From Setoptus koraiensis (taxonomy: Eukaryota > Animalia > Arthropoda): a stretch of 64,000 nt of DNA. Location: the NCBI GenBank assembly GCA_048013815.1, contig CM106586.1, positions 6,076,001 through 6,140,000 of the forward strand, written 5' to 3'. The position numbers and the translations under genes are program-made. The notes under the pieces were generated by a model. It made no database searches and had not been told where the DNA came from. It saw nothing but the letters and a program-made list of their open reading frames with translations. This document shows, in pieces, positions 37,441-48,202 of this stretch (position 1 is its first letter; each line of letters opens with the position of its first letter).

Positions 37441-38448
37441 CTACTTGGTTTCTATGAAATTTTTGACTTCTAGCATGATTGTATCGTTCAAACAAATGTA
37501 CTTGTGACCCAAACCCAGAGAACCATCCACAGCTATGAATCTGACTTTATCTGTACCTAAACTTTTAGCGGCTATTTTGTATAAGTTCTCTCCCGAACTA
37601 TAAGGAATTATACCATCATCTCCGGCGTGCATAATCAATATGGGTACGTCTTTGATTTTGACAATGCATTCGGCTGAGTCAAAGTTCAATGCTTTGGAAT
37701 TTCTAATTGGATCAACAAAGAAATACTCAAAATATGGTAAAATTCTGAAAGGACTACTGAACGGATGATTTGTAACAGCATTCGCTAGAGTATCAAATGG
37801 CGCCTCTAATATTAGCTTTCTTGGCTTGGTGCCATCAGTTAGACTTGAGACTAATCTAGTTGCTACGGCCGTTCCCAATGAGTGTCCCCAAACAATGACA
37901 CGATCTGGATGAACATGATCCTGCTTTAGTAACCAATTATACATAAATACTGCATCGTCTGCGAGACCACCGGCCGACGGTTGTACGTCTGTAGAGTCGG
38001 CGTAACCTCTGTAATCAAATGTGATAACATGATAATCGTATTCATAGGCCAATCTCTTATAGAGCAGATTTCTATGATTGCCGGCTCGTGAGCCACCATT
38101 GCCATGAAGATAGAATATTATAAGTGAGTTATCTTTAAATGCATCAAGATCATTAGTTGTTGTTCGGTTGTCGCTGGTAGTAAAACACTTAGCTTCAATG
38201 CTGGATTCTGGTAGAATATGCCATGTTCCGTAGACCAGATCATCATTTTGTATTCTGAGAGTTCTGGTGCATTTCAATCCGATTGTTTGAGGGGTAGTCA
38301 AGTTGAGAAATAATGGCAAATTGATGTAGTTCATAAACAGTAACGAACGTTGTATAAATGTTGAGTATCTGAAAATTACCGGTGATATAAGATAAATAAT
38401 TACCAGCACTAGGATTACATATAGATGGCTTATAATACTTATATGCAT
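37441..38448 (-). CDS. ABHD12: Lysophosphatidylserine lipase ABHD12-like alpha/beta hydrolase
   Basis: N-terminal TM segment, then YLHGNGGSR, FDYRGYADS, nucleophile WGHSLG (Ser codon 37881-37879), LILEAPF, ILIMHAGDDGIIP (Asp) and GLGHKYI (His). The first ATG is 38448, but the frame is open to about 38523, so an upstream exon is possible. Confidence 0.9.
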   Translation of the reverse strand: MHISIISHLYVILVLVIIYLISPVIFRYSTFIQRSLLFMNYINLPLFLNLTTPQTIGLKCTRTLRIQNDDLVYGTWHILPESSIEAKCFTTSDNRTTTNDLDAFKDNSLIIFYLHGNGGSRAGNHRNLLYKRLAYEYDYHVITFDYRGYADSTDVQPSAGGLADDAVFMYNWLLKQDHVHPDRVIVWGHSLGTAVATRLVSSLTDGTKPRKLILEAPFDTLANAVTNHPFSSPFRILPYFEYFFVDPIRNSKALNFDSAECIVKIKDVPILIMHAGDDGIIPYSSGENLYKIAAKSLGTDKVRFIAVDGSLGLGHKYICLNDTIMLEVKNFIETK

Positions 38449-38597
38449 GCTGATATGATGATTGAAGCGATTGTTATATTTTATATTTTGCTTGATCTTT
38501 ATTAAAACTTGATACAAATGAACCTGAAAACAGCCACTCCATATATAATCTCTTTATCTTCTCGCACCTTTTTTTCTCAAGACACGCGGCGGCCTTT

Positions 38598-39479
38598 TCA
38601 AACTAAGTTGAGAAGTTTTTCCTCTTTGAAGTTGCCATAGTGGATACAGTGAGTTGTTTCTATGAGATCCAACATGCAAAATCTAATAAGTAGCTTGCTT
38701 AATGTAACAAAGTCACAATGATCAGTATTTTCTATATCAATGGTTCCCCAGGGATGTTTTCGTATTCTCCTTGTTTCACCACTAGATTCGGTTGTAACAT
38801 TGCTGCCTATGACCGCAAATGGAGCATGAGATTTGAGCTCTTTCATGAGTTTGGCTTTCTCTTCATCGTCCTCTTGCTCCTCGTCAAATTGGTAGATTTT
38901 AATTTTATTCCTATCGAGCGTTTCTAACACTTTGCATTTGAATTTTTGGCACTCTTCGGGCGTCAGAGTATCTGCTTTCGCTATGAGTGGAATGATATTA
39001 ACTTTTTCATGGATGGCCTTCATAAGGTCTATATCGTTCTGTTTTAAGTGGCCGGTTGGCGGAATGAGATACAAACAACAGTGTACTCGTTCGTCAACAA
39101 AACGTGAGCGGGGTTCGCGGATCTCTTGAACGAAAAAATGTTCAAATTTCGAATCGATATATTTTACAATGTCTTTCGTGAAACTGGTGAAAGTTGGAGA
39201 AAATGAGTATCCTGGCGTCTCGACGCATCTCAGCAACAATTTGACCTTGTTTTCTTCCAATTCAATAGATCGTTCGTCGATGGGTAGATTAGGCCGATCA
39301 GATTCTTGATAAATGTCACGTTTGAACAGTGAATTAACCAGAGTAGATTTGCCGACCCCTGTTTCGCCAATGAGCATCAATGTGAATTCGAAGCGTCTCT
39401 TGATTACTGTCCTGTAAAGTTGGTTTGAAATATCGGCGAAATCCAGGTGACGTGTTGATATCTCTTGATCCGTGGCCAT
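38598..39479 (-). CDS. Septin (divergent, no C-terminal coiled coil), 293 aa
   Basis: Polybasic VIKRRFEF, G1 GETGVGKS, G3-position ETPG, DERVHCCLYLI, G4 NIIPLIAKAD, septin unique element PFAVIGS...PWG...HCDF, ending at HYGNFK. Confidence 0.9.
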   Translation of the reverse strand: MATDQEISTRHLDFADISNQLYRTVIKRRFEFTLMLIGETGVGKSTLVNSLFKRDIYQESDRPNLPIDERSIELEENKVKLLLRCVETPGYSFSPTFTSFTKDIVKYIDSKFEHFFVQEIREPRSRFVDERVHCCLYLIPPTGHLKQNDIDLMKAIHEKVNIIPLIAKADTLTPEECQKFKCKVLETLDRNKIKIYQFDEEQEDDEEKAKLMKELKSHAPFAVIGSNVTTESSGETRRIRKHPWGTIDIENTDHCDFVTLSKLLIRFCMLDLIETTHCIHYGNFKEEKLLNLV

Positions 39480-39733
39480 GATTTAGGCTTGCCAAATACT
39501 ATTCACTAGACAATAAATACTAATCCACTAACTAGTGATGAAATATGTAGAATATCTGATGATAACTGTTGTTATTGTGTGAGCGCGCAAAGTGTGTGCG
39601 TATGCGTGCATCGTGCGCTCTTCCTGTAAAACTGGAATATTTTGCCCCCTAGTGGTCATTTTTGAAAACTTTTTGAATTGAACGGCGCGTCTTAAATCGC
39701 TTTTAAGCAAAATATTTTATATTTTTGGACAAG

Positions 39734-39752
39734 AAAAAAAAAAAAAAAAAAA
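39734..39752. repeat. poly(dA:dT) tract A19, about 255 bp upstream of the septin ATG
   Basis: 19 consecutive A. A nucleosome-disfavouring promoter role is inference only. Confidence 0.7.
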
Positions 39753-41003
39753 TGATTTCCTAAAGCCTGATGAGACCCTTAAATGATTTACGGTAAATCA
39801 CAAATTCAACAGATTGACACAAAAAACTTACATTGTGCCTTCACATTGACCATTTTAGAACTCATTTTAAAAGTCGCGTTTCAAAAGTGCAACCATGATC
39901 GATTTCAAATAGTTGCATGGATGACGTTTGATCGGCAATTCAAGGTTCTTCAACACTTGCGACTATCAACTTAATTATTATATCACAAACAAGATAATTT
40001 TGGACATTGGTAGAATATGAGCGGTATGATATCGCGATATGTATTGTTGGTGGTGTCGCACTGAATTGCAACGTGCCATATATCAGTGAGAATTCAATTT
40101 AGCCAACGCAAGGCACGCTTGTAATCATAATAGCTATGATGATATAGAGATAGATGATCAAGATAACTGTTTATTTAGTTAATCAATTGACCGGCGCACA
40201 ATAACAGAGGCCAGTGCAATAGCCATGAAAGAGTGGACTAGACTGGACTGGTTTGCGCTGGAATAGGCAAATAGGAAATTTTGGATACACAAACAGAGTA
40301 AAGGACAACCATTTATATTATCAATCATGGCTACTTAAACATATCGAGTAAAGATACATTATTGTTGCGAATGAATGAAAATGGCTGATGAGTTGATTCC
40401 GTTGACCATTTTACATCCACTGACTATCAGAGACACACACAAAGAGTGTAAAAAGTTGAATAGTAGTAACTTTTGTTGTTACCTGTTCAGCCACCATATA
40501 ACACATTAGGCCTCTCTGTATGTTATTAATTGTACTTGTTAAGATGTTGCCGTGTTGTAAACATTTTTACGTGTTTTCCTCTGCCAATGAGCACAGTATC
40601 TATGCTAGTTTATGCTATTAGAGAAGGAGAGATTGGCCGAAGATTGGTGAGATAATAGTGATAGTAAAAGGAAAAGTGTGTCCAATTTAATCCAATTTTT
40701 AGCTAAACAGCCTAAACAGCTAACAGGCAGGTAACAGTAATTGCTGGCGCGTTCTTTTGATCGCATTTTGATCACTTGGCCTGACGTGAAGTTTAAAAAT
40801 TGAATAACGTGAACGGAGCAAGTTTGATGCTTGCAAGTTGCAACAATCTCTTTTTATTCTTTTGAATAAACTAAACTCTTTCTTGTCTATCCGTGTTGAA
40901 CGTAACAATCGTAAGCGTTCAAACGTACTCAATAGCGATGGTAATGGCGCAAATTAGAATACCAATTTAGAAATTGAACCTATTGAGCACATTTTACACA
41001 CAA

Positions 41004-41044
<41 letters not shown>

Positions 41045-44000
41045 ACGACAACAACAACAACAACAACGGCAACTGAAATTTGATTGATTGGACCAAATTG
41101 ATGCGATTTGATTTGTGTTAGTTGTTGCTGAATAGAGATTGATTGATATCACAGGTTGGTGTTGCTGTTATCTATGTTGTGACCAGCAACTTGTGACCAA
41201 CAACCTGTGAGAGAAAGCTCTGGCATCGTTTGTTGAGTCGTTTTGTGTTCAATTTGAATTTGAAAGTTGCCATTGTCGCTTGCTGGACAGTTGAGCGAGC
41301 GCCAATGGAAAACCAATGCTCGGTCGAGAGTTCCCAGTTGAAAGTTTCGCTCGACCATTGGTTGACTCGACTCGACTCTACCAGCCATTTCGTTGCGCGT
41401 CTGTCGCTCTTTTATATTTTTAAACTGTTTCAGGGCCCGCTTCCATTCATTGTTGGCATCCCATTATGTGAGGAGCCTTAAAAGGGGTGCTGTAGGCTAA
41501 GTGTCGGTCATGCAAGCGGTAAATAGCGGCAAGCGAATGAATTGGAGCAATTTGTTGTGCAGCGCAAAACGTTGTTACACAAACCGTGCTCGGCATACAA
41601 AGTTGCCGTATAAAATACGTTGGTGTATGAAACGTCATAGCGAAAGAGCGTGTCACCGTTGTTGTTATTACGTAATAGGCAATGATAGAGATTTCCTGTG
41701 ATTATTAATTCATCCATTCATTCACAGATGGTCAGTGTGCTGTTGAGTGGTCGCAACACTTGTTGCGGTTGATGTTGTTGGTGTTGTTGTTGATGCTGTC
41801 GGTGTTGTTGTTGATGTTGATGCAGCAGCAACAACAGCAAGTGCTCACCGACAAATAAAGCATTTTGCTCGACTGTCGGCCAGCTTGCCGGATTGTGGCG
41901 TGTGCAAGTTGTGAGCCACAGCAAGCGAGATCACGATAACGACAAGCGAGCGGCGTGTAGCTGCCCGGCCAGTAGATAATAATCGATTGTGTGAAAGCAG
42001 CGGACACAACACATTAGAGAGCCGAATAACTGGAGCTGGCCGATTGAAACGACAAGAAGACGAATCAGATCATTTGATACGACCACTTGGCTTGACGTTG
42101 CAATTTATGGCGTACGACCATATTGCTGGCTGGATATTCTCGGCCGTATAATATATCCTAAATACTGGCGTTGCTGTTCATGTTGGCCATACAAACGGTA
42201 AAAGTGCCAGTTTGTAAGTGTGGGAGAGACCGTTTCTCGCCAGTGAGCGGTAGTTGATGTGCCAAACTGAATCAGGTTGCATCACTGATTTATGGCGGCT
42301 CTCATCAGTGCGCCGACAACGAGTGCGAGTCACTCGACAACGAGCTCGCCAAGCTTGCCGTGTCTTGCCAAGATGCGGCCGCTGCCGCTTGTGTCGTCCG
42401 TCGATTATTATTATTATTATTTCTCCCATTATTATTATGCCATTATTATTTCCTCTGCCTGCCTGCTGCAACTGCATCTGTTGGCGCGTTTGTAATTGTT
42501 GTGACGGCAACAACCTGTCGCTTTTTATCTGGCCGGATGCATTTAGCCCTTGGCCATGCGCACTGGCTGCGAGCGGCTTAGCGGTTCGCTCTGGCCAGTG
42601 GTCAGTCAGTCAGTCAGTCGGTTTCAGCGGTCGGTGGCCGCACTCGTCGCTGGGCCGCCAACAACCGGCAACCACCGGCAACCACCGGCAACCACCGACA
42701 GCAGGCGCCAACAACCGGCAACCACCGGCAACAAGCGTTGGGCGAGCGCCAGCGACGAGCGTGATGCTGGCTGACTTTCAATTGGCAATTCATTCATCAT
42801 ATTATGTATTTTTACAGTCATCATAAATGTTGTTGTTGCTGTCCAAATGATGACCATATCTAGATAAGACACTCTCGGCTCTCGGCGGCTCGCAGCTCTC
42901 GGCTCTCGGCTGGCAACCCTCGGCTCTCGGCTGGCAACCCTCGGCGGTAATGATTAGCGGGCCGGCCGGGCAAACGGTCGCTCTAATCTTGCCTACAATC
43001 GCAAGCCTGCACGCTTGTTTCCTCCAATGAAATAATGCAACTTTAATGTGCCTCATTATGGTTTATATTGGCGCTAAGCAGTTTATCGCTAGCTGCTCGC
43101 CGCTCACCGCTGAGTCGACCGGGCAGCCTTAGCTGCGACTCATGCTGACTGGAGGCTATCCAACTAGTCAACAAGTGGAGCAATTTCCATTCTCGGCCCC
43201 CGTCCATTATCATTCATTATTGTTGTTATTATTATTATTGTCGTATTACCATTATTGTTAGGCGCTTTGTTTGATTTTCTCTGGCGCTCGCAGCGGCATT
43301 ACATAATCATGAGCAGCGTTATAATTTGATTTTTGTTGTGTGTCCGTTCAATACATACACACATATGTTTGACTGGTTAGTATATGTATGTATATATATA
43401 TATATTTCCGTTTCGTTTTGCTGCCAGCGCAAACCGCTCAACAATCGCTCTATGCTGACTCGTTACGTCATGTGCTCGCTGTGTGTGTGTTCAATGTTTG
43501 CCAATGTCCGTCAATTGTCGTCGCTCGTACTTGATGTTTAGTCGGTAAACGTGCAGTGACCATTGGTCAGCCAGTGCAGCCAAGTTGGCAAGCGTCGCAG
43601 GTTAGTTAGTGTAGTCAGTGACTCGCCGATCAGTGCCAGTAATGAAGCGAGAAAGGATTGACGAGCGGCCCATGTTTTGCCTAATCACGTTAGTTAAACT
43701 AGTTGCCGCCAGTCAGTTCAGACGTTATGTAACAACCAGATCACCGTTACACCGTTGGCAAACTTGATACAATAAACATACAAACACTCAAAGTTGCACT
43801 TGTTGTTGTTGACTCACAACACTAGTAGTGCAGCCATTGACTGATGAGATAGTGTGGCACCTGATAGTTCTCACCTGATTCAGGCCACTTCTTTTTTATC
43901 TCTCACATCTAACATCACATTTGCATTTGCGTTTGCTTGACGCCGTTTGTGCAATTTAGTTGTGACTATCAATGCACAAATACTTATCAAGTGTGCGCTT

Positions 44001-45381
44001 GTGTGCAAAACAAATCGCTCTCGGGCCTGGCCATTTAGTTTTATCTGTGTTTTTACTGTATTTTTGCTATGTATTTTCACTATATTTTAACTATATTTTA
44101 TCCACTAGCCAACTAATAGCGACAATGCAGCGACCGTTTGCAAGCGTTGCCATTAGCGAGCATATTGCGCAATGGCAATTAGCAGCAACACTGTTCACTT
44201 GTTGCCGCTCACACCGCTCATTTCAACGCACACAAACTATTTAACAGCGGCTATTCAGCAGCGACCATTCAACAGCGACCATTCAACAGCGACCATTACA
44301 ACACAGCGGCCGGCGTTGGTGCTGGACATCATTTATTACACGGCTACATCGTGTTATGTAATGTCATACACCTGTGCTTTGTTGCATGTGCATGCGTATT
44401 TGTTGGCGTTGATCGCACGTTGATAAATGGAGTATTACCATTATAGTATTACTGTTATAATATTACGAGAGTGTTATCGCCACAGCGACATCGCACTTAC
44501 GTAATGAATAGCACAACACGCACCGACGAGCGCGGCCAAATGACCAGTGGCCATCTAGCAGATGATATATGACTTTTGTGTATACCTTGTATATAAAAGT
44601 ATCGGCCGGCCGCTAAGTGTCGCTTCTGGTTGCGAGTTGCCAGTCGCCAGTCGCCAGTTTCCAGTCGCCAGTCGCCAGTTGCCAGTCGCAAATCGCAAAT
44701 CGCAAGTCGCGAGCTGCTAATCGCGAGCAACAACAAGTGGCACAAAACGGCAAGTGGCAAACAGCGGCGAGTGGCCAACAGCAACAAGTGGCAAGCAACA
44801 CACTTAACATTATTGGAACAGGCAAGTTGCACAAGTGATGACCTAACTGTTGTTAGCCTGGCCTAGCGTTGGCCCAGCGTTGGCCCGACGTTGGCCCGAC
44901 GTTGGCCCAGATACAAACTGTGGTGCCGGTGGCAGTTTGTTTTGGCCGTTGACAGCGCAAACTTGACAGTGCGCAAGGCGATAAAAAGATGAAGCTGCAT
45001 CATTATGGCACAAACAACAACAACTATTATGTAAATCATCACCACAATGGCAAACACTTGGCACAAACTGGCCAGGCCGCTGTTGGCGTAATTGTTGTGT
45101 GCGCTACAAATTGGTTGCTGGACTCAGCGTGGTTGTTAGTTGTCAGTATGACCCACGCAATGACAGTTGCGATCAGCATGCCGCCAATTGATGCTGCGAT
45201 ATCGAGCCGATGATCGACTGCCACCAGTCACTATTGCCAATAATCGCCACTGCAACAACAACAACAACAACAGCGACATCAACGACAGCGACAACAACAA
45301 CTGGCCAAGACAACACAAAAACGACAAGTGTCATGTCGCCTGTTGCATGCGTTGGTTTGTTGCCATGCGACGCCATGTTAC

Positions 45382-45437
45382 GCAATGTTATATAAGCAAT
45401 GTTATATAAGCAATGTTACATAAGCAATGTTATATAA
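45382..45437. repeat. 14-bp tandem repeat GCAATGTTA(T/C)ATAA x4
   Basis: Direct reading. Confidence 0.9.
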
Positions 45438-48150
45438 GATGTCATGTCATGTGATCGATTGATCGGCCCATCTCAGCGATTGTGGGCCAGTGGCGTGGGC
45501 TGGCCCACAATCGCACTTGACATGATGTTGGCAAGAGCGCTGTGAGTGGCGGCCACTCGAGAGTTCAGCGCAGTTGGCCAGCCGTTGCCAGTTGCAATTG
45601 GAGACGAATTGCAATGGAATGGGCCAAAAATGAGACGACTGCCACAAATGAGCATAATGCTAAACATCAGTTGGCACAGTCGAGCGTCGCTTGGGCACAC
45701 CAATGGTAGTGGCAATTATATTGGCCAGCTATGATATGATTGCTGCTGACACCTCGCCGTTGATTGGTCGGCGTCGTCTGTTGGCCAACGACTGTCGTGA
45801 CCGCGGCCAATGACAACAGCCATGAGCCCATTGCAGCTCAGCATGGCCCATTGCAGCTCAACGGTGGCCGCTCCAATAAAGGCCATTGTGTTTGTTGGAC
45901 AGTGCCAGCTAAAGAGCTGACAGTGTCGCCATTGTCGAGCCCAAATTGGCCAGTTAGTGAGTGGTAAAAGTGGCAAGCTAAAAGTGGCGCAAATGTAAAC
46001 GTCAAATGTGTCTGTAATGTGCCCACTAGCAAACGGGCGAGCTTGCCCAAACGAGAAACATTGAAGATGGCCAGTCAGTGAGCCAACACTGACAACACTG
46101 ACAACTTGTAAGCACAACAATGATTATGATAATGATAATAACATTGTTATGCAATGTTATTATCCAATGTTTTGTGCCGTGTTGTGATTTATTTTTTATT
46201 GTTAGCTTATTATTGTGTGTGTGTGCGATTGTTGTCATGATGGACACACACCAACACTCATCATTTCTCACTCATGATGTGCCGCTGCCCCACGCCATGG
46301 GCGACACACATGTCACTTGCGATGCCCGTTGATTATAGTGGACAACAACAATTGAGCAATACAATTATACAATCAAATGTTATGTAATCAAATAACACAC
46401 CACGTGCCCATTTAGGGCTAGCGTAATCATCGGTTGCGCCCACGCGTCGCCACAACAGCCACACAAACCATAAACTGGCAATAAACTGACAATAAACTGT
46501 GAGCGGACAGCCCTTGTTTTCACGCTGTTGTTGTCGGTTGTCGTCGTTGGTTCTCGTCTTTGGTTGTCGTCTTTGGTTGTTGTCGTTGGTTGTTGTCGTT
46601 GGTTGTTGTCGTTGGTTGTTGTCGTGTTGCTGTTGTCGGCCGTTGTCGCTGTCGCTGTCGTAACACCCAAACTGGATGACACACAAACACACAGCGACTT
46701 TGCAATTTTGACAATGCTGCAATTGGTGTACATAACAACAATAATAATCACAGTATGCAAATGCTCGCCACAACCAAATAAGTCCACTCATCGGTTGTGC
46801 GAAATACACACACTCACAGCCAGCAAGATATGGCTAGATATGGACACATTGGGATACTGAGCCCTTGTGATGCCGTCTTGTGATTTGTTTGAGTGTCTTT
46901 CTATGCTAATGAAGTCGTCATGCACGACTGTGATACAGCGGTGTCACTGCAGCCACTCACCTGGTCACGACAACAACAGCAACAACAACAACAACAACAA
47001 CAACAGCAACGCCAACTGTCCAGGCCAATTAAAGCGAGTCAGCCCGTGATGCCTGGTTGGCTGGCCGGCACACTGTCCGTGCTAGAGACCGAAGACTCTG
47101 TCGTATGGACTCTGTGGTGCGGACTCTACAGTATAGAGACATGTCCAAATCAATTGATCAGTTGCGTAGCGGATCACATATCAGATGTCACGTACGAATC
47201 AGATATTATGAGCACAGACACTGGCCAAATGTATTATTACCAATCCGTCCGCTGACCATGATCCACTTCTTATGGCCGCAATCACAACCAACAGCAACAA
47301 GAGAAAAATTGCTATTCCCGTTGTTGTTGTCGTTGTCGTTGTTGTTGTCGTTGTTGCTGTTGCTGTCGTTGTTGTGATTACATGACTCGTTTTGCTATGG
47401 GCAAGACGTGCAGTGAAATGCACAGTGCCATTCACAAGGTTCAGTTCACAATGCAATTGGCAGACACGACAAACAATGGACAACCGACGCCGCTCCAATT
47501 TCGCTCAATTTGTCCCGTTCGTTGCCGTTGCTAGCTCTATTATCCCAGCGCCGAGCTGCGGCCTCTCTCGTTTGGACGACAAGTGCATACATACGTATAT
47601 CATACATAGCTGACGATACAGTGCGAGTTGTGTTATTCGCGCGTAATTGATGACGAGGATAACGGTGCCCAAATGACATGTGATTTGCACAATATGATTT
47701 GCATATCGGGCACAATATGGCATAATGTGTTTGCATACTAATCACAGTATTGCCTGGTGCGCATTCTTCGCACACAACTTGTCTTGTAAGACAACACGAC
47801 AAGTGCCAGTGAGTTGGTCAGTGTGGTTGGGCCAGCCTTGAGTGTGACTGTTTGCGAGCAACAGGTTGTTTGCTCGTTGCAAGCGAATCGTTTATTTGTT
47901 TGTTTGTCCATTCGTCAAATCACAGCACAGTCGAGCAGCAGCAGCACAGTTGGGCTGTGCGGCGCGCAAGATGGCGCTGCCGAGGCCCCTGCACTCGCAA
48001 ACAACACACTGTCATAATGTAATGGTCAGACTAACAATTGTAAGTCTCGCTGTGAGCTTGCCAAGACTCACAAGACTCGCTGCCGAGTTGGCAGTAGCGA
48101 GCAAACAATCTAATAATAATGCCAGCACACAATACAAACACAAATTGTGT

Positions 48151-48202
48151 GCACAGGTGAGCGCAGGTGAGCACAGGTGAGCACAGGTGAGCACAGGTGA
48201 GC
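48151..48202. repeat. 10-bp tandem repeat GCACAGGTGA x5
   Basis: Direct reading; one unit is GCGCAGGTGA. Confidence 0.9.

Noticed and set aside
39734-39752. A19 tract as a retrocopy poly(A) tail for the septin
   Set aside because: It is upstream of the minus-strand gene and in the wrong orientation.
46893-47377. Two overlapping + strand ORFs over a non-repetitive stretch
   Set aside because: No recognisable domain in any frame and no convincing splice sites linking it to the DOMON gene.
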